The notes under the pieces are model-generated. The model was not told the origin of the DNA, ran no database searches, and worked only from the letters and a program-made list of their open reading frames with translations. Made by a program: the position numbers and the translations under genes. Positions 24,060 through 35,067 of a stretch of DNA of 64,000 bases are shown here, in pieces (the stretch's first letter is position 1; the number at the start of each line of letters is the position of its first letter). The DNA comes from Escherichia coli (GTDB lineage Bacteria; Pseudomonadota; Gammaproteobacteria; Enterobacterales; Enterobacteriaceae): NCBI RefSeq assembly GCF_016026235.1, contig NZ_CP065613.1. The stretch is one strand, 5' to 3'.

Positions 24060-24314
24060 TTATTTTTCACCAGCCGGATGGTCCCGTCGCCACAATGCCC
24101 ATTCATCAATCGTTTCACCGCCCGGTAATTTGCAATTGTTGCTGACCCCTTGCGCTGTCGACACTGGAATGAGCGTCCCGCCCTTCTGCTGGCAATAGAC
24201 CGACGCCGGATTTGCCATACCAATCTGCGGCGGTTTAGGTGCTTCTGGCTGAGAAGAGGTTGAACAACCAGCCAGGACCAGCAAGCAAGGCAAAGCAAAA
24301 CTGATAATTTTCAT
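24060..24314 (-). CDS. yoaF: DUF333 lipoprotein YoaF
   Basis: 84-aa ORF with lipobox LAGC. Confidence 0.85.
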   Translation of the reverse strand: MKIISFALPCLLVLAGCSTSSQPEAPKPPQIGMANPASVYCQQKGGTLIPVSTAQGVSNNCKLPGGETIDEWALWRRDHPAGEK

Positions 24315-24496
24315 TTATTGATCTCACTCATTTATCTACGCTTAGAGTATCGCGGTATCGTTTTGTTTTGCAGCACTATTTTTATTACATTCACTCAAAA
24401 CATATTACGTCTTGTTTCATCTTTGTTGGTGATGTTTTATCATGCCTGCAAAGATTAAATAATCAGCATTTACCCGCCGTATCCTGGAGTTGTTTC

Positions 24497-25522
24497 GTGT
24501 CAGATCAGATTATCGCCCGCGTCTCGCAATCCCTTGCCAAAGAACAGTCACTGGAAAGTCTGGTCCGACAGCTTCTGGAGATGCTGGAAATGGTCACTGA
24601 TATGGAATCAACCTACCTGACCAAAGTGGATGTCGAAGCGCGCCTGCAGCATATTATGTTTGCCCGTAACAGCCAGAAAATGCACATCCCGGAGAATTTT
24701 ACCGTCTCGTGGGATTACTCGTTATGCAAACGCGCCATTGATGAAAACTGCTTTTTCAGCGATGAAGTCCCTGACCGTTGGGGCGACTGTATTGCGGCAC
24801 GCAATCTTGGCATCACCACATTTCTGAGCACGCCAATTCACTTACCGGATGGATCATTCTATGGCACGCTTTGCGCCGCCAGCAGTGAGAAGCGCCAGTG
24901 GAGTGAACGCGCGGAACAGGTTTTACAGTTATTCGCCGGACTGATTGCACAATATATTCAAAAAGAGGCGTTGGTTGAACAGCTGCGCGAAGCCAATGCC
25001 GCGCTGATTGCGCAATCGTATACCGACTCGTTAACCGGGCTACCGAATCGGCGGGCGATTTTTGAAAATCTGACAACACTGTTTTCCCTCGCCCAGCATC
25101 TTAACCATAAGATAATGATCGCGTTTATCGATCTGGATAACTTCAAATTAATCAATGATCGTTTTGGTCATAATAGTGGCGATCTGTTTCTCATTCAGGT
25201 TGGCGAGCGCCTTAATACGCTCCAGCAAAATGGCGAAGTTATTGGTCGTCTCGGTGGTGATGAGTTTTTGGTTGTTTCACTAAACAACGAGAATGCGGAT
25301 ATTTCGTCGCTGCGAGAACGTATTCAACAGCAAATACGTGGAGAATATCACTTAGGTGATGTTGATTTGTATTATCCCGGTGCCAGTCTTGGCATAGTAG
25401 AAGTCGATCCTGAAACGACCGATGCAGACAGTGCCCTGCATGCTGCCGATATCGCGATGTATCAGGAGAAAAAACACAAACAGAAAACACCTTTTGTCGC
25501 GCATCCAGCGCTACATTCCTGA
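24497..25522 (+). CDS. dgcP: diguanylate cyclase DgcP
   Basis: GTG start with GGAG upstream (341 aa); GAF-like N-terminus and GGDEF domain (RLGGDEF). Confidence 0.85.
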   Translation: MSDQIIARVSQSLAKEQSLESLVRQLLEMLEMVTDMESTYLTKVDVEARLQHIMFARNSQKMHIPENFTVSWDYSLCKRAIDENCFFSDEVPDRWGDCIAARNLGITTFLSTPIHLPDGSFYGTLCAASSEKRQWSERAEQVLQLFAGLIAQYIQKEALVEQLREANAALIAQSYTDSLTGLPNRRAIFENLTTLFSLAQHLNHKIMIAFIDLDNFKLINDRFGHNSGDLFLIQVGERLNTLQQNGEVIGRLGGDEFLVVSLNNENADISSLRERIQQQIRGEYHLGDVDLYYPGASLGIVEVDPETTDADSALHAADIAMYQEKKHKQKTPFVAHPALHS

Positions 25523-25554
25523 GGCGTATTCACATCCTTTTGATTGGTGATAAC

Positions 25555-25653
25555 ATGCGAATCGGTATTATTTTTCCGGTTGTAATCTTCATTACAGCGG
25601 TCGTATTTTTAGCATGGTTTTTTATTGGCGGCTATGCTGCCCCGGGAGCATAA
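25555..25653 (+). CDS. yoaK: small membrane protein YoaK (32 aa)
   Basis: Manual translation MRIGIIFPVVIFITAVVFLAWFFIGGYAAPGA*. Confidence 0.7.
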   Translation: MRIGIIFPVVIFITAVVFLAWFFIGGYAAPGA

Positions 25654-25655
25654 AG

Positions 25656-25730
25656 ATGAAAAAAACAACGATTATTATGATGGGTGTGGCGATTATTGTC
25701 GTACTCGGCACTGAGCTGGGATGGTGGTAA
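25656..25730 (+). CDS. yoaJ: small membrane protein YoaJ (24 aa)
   Basis: Manual translation MKKTTIIMMGVAIIVVLGTELGWW*. Confidence 0.7.
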   Translation: MKKTTIIMMGVAIIVVLGTELGWW

Positions 25731-25743
25731 CGTCACCTCTAAA

Positions 25744-25790
25744 AAATAGCAAAGGCTGCCTGTGTGCAGCCTTTGTGCAATTTAAGCGTT
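25744..25790. terminator. bidirectional terminator between yoaJ and yeaQ
   Basis: Hairpin CAAAGGCTGCCTGTGTGCAGCCTTTG. Confidence 0.5.
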
Positions 25791-26037
25791 AACTTTTAAT
25801 CTTCCTGTAGATAAATAGCACGACAATCGCACCAATAACGGCAACCACGAAGCTGCCAAAATTGAAGCCATCGACTTTACCAAAGCCAAACAGCGTGCTG
25901 ATCCAACCGCCGACTACGGCACCGACTATCCCCAGCAGGATAGTCATAAAGAATCCACCACCATCTTTACCTGGCATGATCCACTTCGCCAGAATACCGG
26001 CAATAAGCCCAAAAATAATCCATGACAGAATGCCCAT
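25789..26037 (-). CDS. yeaQ: GlsB/YeaQ/YmgE-family stress membrane protein
   Basis: 82-aa glycine-rich membrane ORF. Confidence 0.85.
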   Translation of the reverse strand: MGILSWIIFGLIAGILAKWIMPGKDGGGFFMTILLGIVGAVVGGWISTLFGFGKVDGFNFGSFVVAVIGAIVVLFIYRKIKS

Positions 26038-26184
26038 TGTTTCCTCACTTATCTGTTTTGCATTAGCGGGTTAGTCGCTGATAAAAAGCATAGCACAACA
26101 TCGGGAGGGCAAGATTTGTGACGAGCATCACGGAGGATTTTTTTGCGATGGCGCAGAAATTACGCCATCAACGATCAGTGATAA

Positions 26185-26367
26185 TTACCAACCACAAACA
26201 TCATGTTCGTTTTCCGTGTCATAAGAACGCACGGTATTCACCAGATCTTTTATCACTTCAGCCGCCACTTCTGGCACCAGCAAAGTCATCGGCGTCTCTG
26301 TTTCATAATCGACAGAAACGCCATTGCTGTTATTGGTGACGGTCACGGTATACGTTGCTTTACCCAT
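26185..26367 (-). CDS. yoaG: DUF1869 protein YoaG
   Basis: 60-aa ORF MGKATYTVTVTNNSNG... Confidence 0.85.
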   Translation of the reverse strand: MGKATYTVTVTNNSNGVSVDYETETPMTLLVPEVAAEVIKDLVNTVRSYDTENEHDVCGW

Positions 26368-26370
26368 GAT

Positions 26371-26730
26371 TCATTTCCCGTTATGAATGACTTTCCGTTG
26401 TTGCGCACCTTCCATCAGGACTTCAGGAGCCACGAAGAAGTCAATGTTGAAATAAGTATCGTCAGTCATGGCTTCAATGTTGTGCCACTTTTCTGGAGGG
26501 AACACCGCAAACTGCCCCGCTTCGATAAGGATCACCTGATCAGGCTCTGCACTGTGTTCATCAGCGTAGCCGAGATATTTGACCGCCCCATGCATAACGG
26601 AAAGGCGTGGGTAAACCCCCGGGCGCGTTCCTTTATCAAGATGACGTTCGAATATTCCGGCAGGCGCAGTTTGTTTATTCCAGAAAGGTGTTGAGCGCGT
26701 ATGAATATAATTCTGTGGGATTTGCAGCAT
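26371..26730 (-). CDS. yeaR: DUF1971 protein YeaR
   Basis: 119-aa ORF; yeaR-yoaG operon arrangement. Confidence 0.85.
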   Translation of the reverse strand: MLQIPQNYIHTRSTPFWNKQTAPAGIFERHLDKGTRPGVYPRLSVMHGAVKYLGYADEHSAEPDQVILIEAGQFAVFPPEKWHNIEAMTDDTYFNIDFFVAPEVLMEGAQQRKVIHNGK

Positions 26731-26902
26731 CCTTTTCCCTCCTTCGGTGAATGCGCTGAAAACGGTTTATTCCAGCCGTTTCAGGGTACGCCTGATAATT
26801 TGCATTTTAAATACCATTTATTGGTTACTTTTTAGCACCATATCAGAGAAGAATCAGGGAGGATTATAGATGGGAAGCCCGCGACAACGCGGGCTGAAAG
26901 CA

Positions 26903-27610
<708 letters not shown>

Positions 27611-27667
27611 TTAGAAAGGTGAAAATCAGGTTTTAATCTGATATCAACCCGATAATTGAATCATGAA

Positions 27668-28591
27668 TCAGGCATGTTCCAGTGAAAAATTCGGGTAGTG
27701 CTCGGCAAAATACTGGCGTAAAAATTCTACCGTTATCCGCACTTTCGCTGACGTCGCCAGCCTTGAAACATAAACGGCCCAGACGTTCGCTGGCTGGTAA
27801 TATTCCGGTAGCACTTGCACTAAATGACCACTGGCAATGTTTTCGCTAACATCCCACCAGGAACGCAGAGCAATCCCCTGCCCATCGAGACACCACTGAT
27901 GGACAATTTCTCCATGATTAGACGACAGTGGGCCGGTGACTTTAATCGCATGGTGGCCTTCTTTATTGCGTAATTGCCAGACACCAAAAGGATGATCGCG
28001 CTCTTTAATGACCAGGCACGGCAATGCAGAAAGATCGGTTAAATGTTTCGGCGCGCCATGTTGCGCAATAAATTCCGGCGACGCGCAGAGAATGCGGTAA
28101 TTGGTCGCCAGTTTGCGGGCGATTAAATTAGGGGCAATGTCATCGCCAATGCGAATATCGAGATCGACACCTTCATTGACCAAATCGACCAGCCGGTCTT
28201 CCACATCAAAACGTAATTCCAGTTGCGGATACGCCTTCGCCAGCGCTGATAACGCCGGAGCCACCACCTGTCGTCCAAAACCAAAGCTGCTGATAATACG
28301 CAGCATCCCCTGTGGCACCTGACGCACGTCAGAAAGTTCGTCCATCATCTGACCGACATCCTGCAAAATCCGCTGCGCCCATTCATAAATCCGCTCTCCT
28401 TCTTCGGTAATGGTGACGCGGCGGGTGGTGCGGTGTAACAACACCACGTTTAGCGTTTGCTCCAGCAAGGCGATGCGCTTGCTGACGAACGCCGGTGAAA
28501 CGCCCAGTTCTTCCGCCACGGCGGCAAAACCAGCCCGGCGAGCCACCAGCATAAAGACGCGCAAATCATTCAGCAGCGGTAAATTATTCAT
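27668..28591 (-). CDS. dmlR: LysR-family regulator DmlR
   Basis: Start placed at MNNLPLLNDLRVF (307 aa); divergent from dmlA. Confidence 0.85.
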   Translation of the reverse strand: MNNLPLLNDLRVFMLVARRAGFAAVAEELGVSPAFVSKRIALLEQTLNVVLLHRTTRRVTITEEGERIYEWAQRILQDVGQMMDELSDVRQVPQGMLRIISSFGFGRQVVAPALSALAKAYPQLELRFDVEDRLVDLVNEGVDLDIRIGDDIAPNLIARKLATNYRILCASPEFIAQHGAPKHLTDLSALPCLVIKERDHPFGVWQLRNKEGHHAIKVTGPLSSNHGEIVHQWCLDGQGIALRSWWDVSENIASGHLVQVLPEYYQPANVWAVYVSRLATSAKVRITVEFLRQYFAEHYPNFSLEHA

Positions 28592-28693
28592 GATTCGTGT
28601 TTTATGTTTCACCAGTTACGGGGATTAATTCCTTTTCAGTCAATTATAGGATGGTGATGTTGTCAATTTTGATGGTCAGGAAGTGAGAACCCA

Positions 28694-29779
28694 ATGATGA
28701 AAACGATGCGTATTGCTGCGATCCCGGGAGACGGGATTGGCAAAGAAGTCCTTCCTGAAGGGATTCGCGTGTTACAGGCTGCCGCTGAGCGCTGGGGCTT
28801 CGCCTTGAGTTTTGAGCAAATGGAGTGGGCGAGCTGCGAGTATTACAGCCATCACGGTAAAATGATGCCGGACGACTGGCATGAGCAACTTAGCCGTTTC
28901 GACGCCATCTATTTTGGTGCCGTCGGCTGGCCGGACACCGTTCCGGACCATATTTCGTTGTGGGGTTCGCTGCTGAAATTTCGTCGTGAATTCGACCAGT
29001 ACGTCAACCTGCGCCCGGTTCGTCTCTTTCCTGGCGTTCCCTGCCCGCTGGCGGGAAAACAGCCTGGCGACATCGATTTTTACGTGGTCAGGGAAAACAC
29101 CGAAGGCGAATATTCCTCGCTCGGCGGTAGAGTGAATGAAGGTACAGAGCATGAAGTCGTCATTCAGGAATCGGTATTTACGCGTCGTGGTGTCGATCGC
29201 ATTTTGCGTTATGCCTTCGAACTTGCGCAAAGCCGCCCACGTAAGACGCTAACTTCTGCCACTAAATCAAACGGTTTAGCCATCAGCATGCCGTACTGGG
29301 ATGAGCGAGTGGAAGCAATGGCCGAGAATTACCCGGAGATCCGCTGGGACAAGCAGCATATTGATATTCTCTGCGCGCGTTTTGTGATGCAGCCGGAACG
29401 CTTCGATGTGGTGGTGGCCTCCAATTTGTTTGGCGATATCCTTTCCGATCTTGGCCCAGCCTGCACCGGCACCATTGGCATTGCCCCATCCGCCAACCTG
29501 AATCCGGAACGCACTTTCCCGTCGCTCTTCGAGCCTGTCCACGGTTCCGCGCCGGATATCTACGGGAAAAATATTGCTAACCCTATCGCCACAATTTGGG
29601 CCGGTGCAATGATGCTCGATTTTCTCGGCAATGGTGATGAGCGTTTCCAGCAAGCGCATAACGGTATTCTGGCAGCGATTGAAGAAGTGATTGCTCACGG
29701 GCCGAAAACACCGGATATGGAAGGCAGTGCCACCACGCCACAGGTTGCCGACGCGATTTGCAAAATTATTTTGCGTTAA
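28694..29779 (+). CDS. dmlA: D-malate / tartrate dehydrogenase (decarboxylating)
   Basis: 361-aa isocitrate/isopropylmalate dehydrogenase-family ORF. Confidence 0.9.
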   Translation: MMKTMRIAAIPGDGIGKEVLPEGIRVLQAAAERWGFALSFEQMEWASCEYYSHHGKMMPDDWHEQLSRFDAIYFGAVGWPDTVPDHISLWGSLLKFRREFDQYVNLRPVRLFPGVPCPLAGKQPGDIDFYVVRENTEGEYSSLGGRVNEGTEHEVVIQESVFTRRGVDRILRYAFELAQSRPRKTLTSATKSNGLAISMPYWDERVEAMAENYPEIRWDKQHIDILCARFVMQPERFDVVVASNLFGDILSDLGPACTGTIGIAPSANLNPERTFPSLFEPVHGSAPDIYGKNIANPIATIWAGAMMLDFLGNGDERFQQAHNGILAAIEEVIAHGPKTPDMEGSATTPQVADAICKIILR

Positions 29780-29799
29780 GGTCAAACCAGTTTATTTGA

Positions 29800-29826
29800 A
29801 CCGCGTCACTGACGCGGTTTTTTTAT
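29800..29826 (+). terminator. rho-independent terminator of dmlA
   Basis: Hairpin ACCGCGTCACTGACGCGGT followed by T8. Confidence 0.8.
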
Positions 29827-30029
29827 TCGTTCTTTGCAGTTAATAACCTGCGTCATTTCACCTTTTATTGTTTCCGTTTCGTGTTTTATGGCTTTCCGTA
29901 TTCTTAATTGTTTAATTTATGTAACATGCAAATAATCAATTTGTTAAACACAACATACAACTCATTACCCTGCAAATAATTACAACTGGCAAAAGCCAGA
30001 GACGGGCTTTTATGCCCAGGAGATGACTC

Positions 30030-31640
30030 ATGATGAGCAATGTTAAGAAAAAAGATGTGCCGCTGATAAGCATCAGCCTGGTGGCCATTCTTTTCATCGC
30101 AGCTGCATTAAGCCTTTTCCCACAACAATCGGCCGACGCGGCCAACGCAATATACACTTTTGTTACGCGTACGTTAGGTTCCGCCGTACAGGTATTGGTT
30201 TTGCTGGCAATGGGACTGGTGATTTATTTAGCCACCAGTAAATACGGCAATATTCGTCTTGGCGAAGGAAAACCGGAATACAGCACGCTCTCCTGGCTGT
30301 TTATGTTTATTTGTGCCGGTTTAGGTTCTTCTACGCTTTATTGGGGGGTTGCTGAATGGGCCTATTATTATCAAACACCTGGATTAAATATCGCACCGCG
30401 TTCACAACAGGCACTCGAATTTAGCGTTCCCTACTCTTTCTTCCACTGGGGCATCAGCGCCTGGGCAACTTATACGCTGGCCTCATTAATCATGGCTTAT
30501 CACTTTCATGTGCGGAAAAACAAAGGTCTGAGCCTTTCCGGCATTATTGCTGCTATTACCGGCGTTCGCCCGCAAGGCCCATGGGGAAAACTGGTCGATT
30601 TGATGTTCCTGATCGCCACTGTCGGCGCACTGACCATTTCCCTTGTTGTTACCGCAGCAACCTTTACCCGTGGGCTTTCCGCGCTGACCGGTTTACCCGA
30701 TAACTTCACCGTGCAGGCATTTGTGATCCTGCTTTCCGGCGGCATTTTTTGCCTAAGCTCGTGGATTGGTATCAACAACGGTTTGCAACGTCTGAGCAAA
30801 ATGGTTGGCTGGGGCGCGTTCCTGCTGCCATTACTGGTGCTGATTGTCGGCCCAACCGAATTTATTACCAACAGCATCATCAATGCCATCGGCCTGACCA
30901 CGCAAAACTTCCTGCAAATGAGCTTATTCACCGATCCGCTTGGCGATGGTTCATTTACCCGCAACTGGACCGTTTTCTACTGGCTGTGGTGGATCTCATA
31001 CACCCCTGGCGTAGCAATGTTTGTCACCCGCGTTTCCCGCGGTCGTAAGATTAAAGAAGTTATCTGGGGACTGATCCTCGGCAGCACCGTCGGTTGCTGG
31101 TTCTTCTTTGGCGTAATGGAAAGCTATGCCATTCATCAGTTTATCAATGGCGTAATCAACGTCCCACAGGTGCTGGAAACACTGGGCGGCGAAACAGCTG
31201 TGCAGCAAGTTCTGATGTCGTTGCCAGCCGGTAAATTGTTCCTCGCCGCATACCTGGGTGTGATGATTATTTTCCTTGCCTCGCATATGGATGCGGTGGC
31301 CTACACCATGGCTGCGACCAGTACGCGTAATCTCCAGGAAGGTGACGATCCTGACCGTGGGCTGCGTCTTTTCTGGTGCGTGGTGATCACTCTGATCCCG
31401 CTTTCCATCTTGTTTACCGGTGCTTCGCTGGAAACGATGAAAACCACCGTCGTGCTCACAGCCCTTCCCTTCCTCGTCATTTTACTGGTGAAAGTCGGCG
31501 GATTTATTCGCTGGCTGAAACAGGATTACGCCGACATTCCGGCTCATCAAGTTGAACATTATCTCCCGCAGACACCGGTTGAAGCCCTGGAAAAAACACC
31601 AGTGCTCCCTGCGGGAACCGTATTCAAAGGCGACAACTGA
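30030..31640 (+). CDS. yeaV: BCCT-family transporter YeaV
   Basis: 536-aa ORF from an ATG with strong AGGAG at 7-nt spacing; the K-12 annotation as I recall it (481 aa) would correspond to an internal TTG at 30195. Confidence 0.8.
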
Positions 31641-31671
31641 GCGCCATCATCCTAACGATAAAGGTATCCCT

Positions 31672-32796
31672 ATGAGCAATCTGAGCCCTGACTTTGTACT
31701 ACCCGAAAATTTTTGCGCTAACCCGCAAGAGGCGTGGACCATTCCTGCCCGTTTTTATACCGATCAGAACGCGTTTGAACACGAAAAAGAGAACGTCTTC
31801 GCCAAAAGCTGGATTTGCGTCGCTCACAGCAGCGAACTGGCGAATGCCAATGATTATGTGACGCGTGAGATCATTGGCGAAAGCATCGTGCTGGTACGCG
31901 GTCGTGATAAGGTTTTGCGCGCGTTCTATAACGTGTGTCCGCACCGTGGTCATCAGTTGTTGAGCGGTGAAGGAAAAGCAAAAAATGTGATTACCTGCCC
32001 GTATCACGCATGGGCATTCAAACTCGATGGCAATCTGGCCCATGCACGTAACTGCGAAAACGTCGCCAATTTCGATAGCGACAAAGCGCAACTGGTTCCG
32101 GTGCGTCTGGAAAAATATGCCGGATTCGTCTTCATCAACATGGACCCCAACGCCACCAGCGTAGAAGATCAGTTACCCGGTCTGGGCGCGAAAGTGCTGG
32201 AAGCCTGCCCGGAAGTCCACGATCTGAAACTGGCGGCCCGCTTTACCACCCGCACGCCTGCCAACTGGAAGAACATTGTCGATAACTATCTCGAGTGCTA
32301 TCACTGTGGTCCGGCGCATCCAGGTTTCTCCGACTCCGTACAGGTTGATCGTTACTGGCACACCATGCACGGTAACTGGACGCTGCAATACGGTTTCGCC
32401 AAACCGTCCGAACAGTCGTTTAAATTTGAAGAGGGTACGGATGCGGCATTCCACGGTTTCTGGCTGTGGCCGTGCACGATGCTGAACGTCACCCCGATCA
32501 AAGGGATGATGACGGTCATTTATGAATTCCCGGTGGATTCTGAAACTACCCTGCAAAACTACGATATTTACTTCACCAATGAAGAGTTAACCGACGAGCA
32601 AAAATCGCTGATTGAGTGGTATCGCGATGTGTTCCGTCCGGAAGATTTACGTCTGGTTGAAAGCGTACAGAAAGGGCTGAAATCGCGTGGCTATCGTGGT
32701 CAGGGGCGCATCATGGCCGACAGTAGCGGTAGTGGCATTTCCGAACATGGTATCGCCCATTTCCATAATCTGCTGGCGCAGGTGTTTAAGGACTAA
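31672..32796 (+). CDS. yeaW: Rieske-type carnitine monooxygenase oxygenase subunit
   Basis: Start placed at MSNLSPDF (374 aa); Rieske motif CPHRGH...CPYHAW. Confidence 0.9.
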   Translation: MSNLSPDFVLPENFCANPQEAWTIPARFYTDQNAFEHEKENVFAKSWICVAHSSELANANDYVTREIIGESIVLVRGRDKVLRAFYNVCPHRGHQLLSGEGKAKNVITCPYHAWAFKLDGNLAHARNCENVANFDSDKAQLVPVRLEKYAGFVFINMDPNATSVEDQLPGLGAKVLEACPEVHDLKLAARFTTRTPANWKNIVDNYLECYHCGPAHPGFSDSVQVDRYWHTMHGNWTLQYGFAKPSEQSFKFEEGTDAAFHGFWLWPCTMLNVTPIKGMMTVIYEFPVDSETTLQNYDIYFTNEELTDEQKSLIEWYRDVFRPEDLRLVESVQKGLKSRGYRGQGRIMADSSGSGISEHGIAHFHNLLAQVFKD

Positions 32797-32851
32797 TGAC
32801 ATCGGCGGCGGTATTTTCCGCCGCTGGGCTGATTTTTGATGGAGTACAGCA

Positions 32852-33817
32852 ATGTCAGACTATCAAATGTTTGAAGTACAGGTGAGTCAGGTGGAACCGC
32901 TTACCGAACAGGTGAAACGCTTCACGCTGGTGGCAACCGATGGCAAACCGCTGCCTGCGTTCACCGGAGGAAGTCACATCATTGTGCAGATGAGCGATGG
33001 TGATAACCAGTACAGCAATGCGTATTCACTACTGAGTTCGCCGCATGACACCTCTTGTTATCAGATTGCCGTTCGGCTGGAGGAAAACTCGCGCGGCGGT
33101 TCCCGCTTTTTGCATCAGCAGGTAAAAGTGGGCGATCGGTTAACGATTTCAACGCCTAATAACCTGTTTGCGCTAATTCCCTCAGCCAGAAAGCATCTGT
33201 TTATCGCGGGCGGTATTGGTATCACCCCTTTCCTGTCGCACATGGCAGAGCTGCAACACAGCGACGTCGACTGGCAGCTACATTACTGCTCGCGAAATCC
33301 AGAAAGTTGCGCATTTCGTGATGAGCTAGTCCAGCATCCGCAGGCTGAGAAAGTCCATTTGCATCATTCATCAACCGGAACACGACTGGAATTAGCGCGA
33401 TTATTGGCGGATATCGAACCTGGCACACACGTTTATACCTGTGGCCCCGAGGCGCTAATTGAAGCGGTAAGAAGTGAAGCTGCGCGTCTGGACATCGCCG
33501 CCGATACGCTGCACTTTGAGCAATTTGCTATCGAAGACAAAACCGGCGATGCATTTACCCTGGTGCTTGCCCGTTCCGGAAAAGAGTTTGTGGTGCCGGA
33601 AGAGATGACTATTTTGCAGGTTATTGAAAATAATAAAGCCGCGAAAGTGGAATGTTTATGTCGTGAAGGGGTATGCGGAACCTGCGAAACAGCAATACTG
33701 GAAGGTGAAGCTGACCATCGGGATCAATATTTTAGCGATGAAGAGCGTGCCAGCCAGCAAAGTATGTTGATCTGTTGTTCGCGTGCGAAGGGTAAACGCC
33801 TGGTGTTGGATTTGTAG
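32852..33817 (+). CDS. yeaX: carnitine monooxygenase reductase subunit (FMN / 2Fe-2S)
   Basis: 321-aa ORF with C-terminal plant-type ferredoxin cysteines. Confidence 0.9.
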   Translation: MSDYQMFEVQVSQVEPLTEQVKRFTLVATDGKPLPAFTGGSHIIVQMSDGDNQYSNAYSLLSSPHDTSCYQIAVRLEENSRGGSRFLHQQVKVGDRLTISTPNNLFALIPSARKHLFIAGGIGITPFLSHMAELQHSDVDWQLHYCSRNPESCAFRDELVQHPQAEKVHLHHSSTGTRLELARLLADIEPGTHVYTCGPEALIEAVRSEAARLDIAADTLHFEQFAIEDKTGDAFTLVLARSGKEFVVPEEMTILQVIENNKAAKVECLCREGVCGTCETAILEGEADHRDQYFSDEERASQQSMLICCSRAKGKRLVLDL

Positions 33818-33819
33818 TT

Positions 33820-33870
33820 TGCCGAAGCCGGATGTGGCGCTGAGCGCGCCCAGTCCGGCTTCGGAAGATT
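33820..33870. terminator. bidirectional terminator between yeaX and rnd
   Basis: Long hairpin GCCGAAGCCGGAT...GTCCGGCTTCGG between convergent genes. Confidence 0.6.
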
Positions 33871-34998
33871 TTACTGCGGATATTCCTGCAATAAATTGTG
33901 TAATGCTTCCGCCATCAGCTCACCACGCCAGCCGGAAATCAGCTCCGGCAAATTGTTCTGCGGTTTCAGTTTCCAGTGCCAGTTCAGCAGTTGGTTGATT
34001 TGCCGACGCGATGCCAGCAATTCGGCGCTGATCTTATGCGTTTCGCTCACGTCAGTAATCAGCGACTTAATCGCTTTAAACGCTTTACGATAACCCGGCA
34101 TGTCCATCAGGTTAAGCATCGGCTGCGGTAAGGCATCTTCCGGCAATGTCTGCGCTTTTTCCACCAGCGCCAGCAGCGTTTTACCGTGAAAGCGGATTTC
34201 GCTACCGGATAAACCCAGGCTGTCCAGTTCGCCTAAACTTCCCGGCATATAACGCGCTACCGACCACAAATGCTCTTCACGCACGACAAAGTTCACCGCC
34301 AGATCGCGCTCTCGCGCCTTGCGCAGTCGCCAGTCGGCTAACAGTTGCAGACAGGCCAGTTGGCGTGTGCGTAATTGCCAGGCATTGGTGATATCACGCC
34401 AGGCATCTTCCGGCGCAACGACTTCCTGACGACGCATTTGCATCAGGCGGCATTCATCCAGCGCCGCAGGTAGCCAGCCGGAGGCCTCCGTTTCTACCAT
34501 AAGCTTGGCGGTGATCGGTAACAGATACCAGACATCCGCCGCTGCGTATTCACACTGACGTTCGGTCAGCGGTCTGGCCAGCCAGTCGGTGCGCGATTCA
34601 CTCTTGTCCAGCGTAACGCCGGAATACTCTTCCACCATGGAAGCGAAACCCCATGACATCGGGCGTCCGCAGAAGGCAGCAAGGATTTGCGTGTCAATCA
34701 AGGGTTGTGGTAATTCGCCAAAGACATTGAGGAACACTTCCAGATCTTCACTGCCTGCATGGAGAAATTTTGTGATGGACGGATCGCGCAGGATCGCTTT
34801 CAGCGGTGACCAGTCGGTGATCCCGAGAGGATCAATTAGCGCCAGATGCTCGCCATCGAAAAGTTGAATCAACCCCAGCTGCGGGTAATAAGTGCGCGTA
34901 CGAACAAATTCAGTATCCAGGGCTATCGCCGGAAAGGCACGGACGGCTTCACACAAAGAAGCCAGCGCATCGTCCGTGGTAATCATTTGGTAATTCAA
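33871..34998 (-). CDS. rnd: ribonuclease D
   Basis: 375-aa ORF; DEDDy exonuclease plus HRDC. Confidence 0.9.
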   Translation of the reverse strand: MNYQMITTDDALASLCEAVRAFPAIALDTEFVRTRTYYPQLGLIQLFDGEHLALIDPLGITDWSPLKAILRDPSITKFLHAGSEDLEVFLNVFGELPQPLIDTQILAAFCGRPMSWGFASMVEEYSGVTLDKSESRTDWLARPLTERQCEYAAADVWYLLPITAKLMVETEASGWLPAALDECRLMQMRRQEVVAPEDAWRDITNAWQLRTRQLACLQLLADWRLRKARERDLAVNFVVREEHLWSVARYMPGSLGELDSLGLSGSEIRFHGKTLLALVEKAQTLPEDALPQPMLNLMDMPGYRKAFKAIKSLITDVSETHKISAELLASRRQINQLLNWHWKLKPQNNLPELISGWRGELMAEALHNLLQEYPQ

Positions 34999-35067
34999 AT
35001 TGTTTTCTCTTTAGTGGGCGTCAAAAAAAACGCCGGATTAACCGGCGTCTGACGACTGACTTAACGC

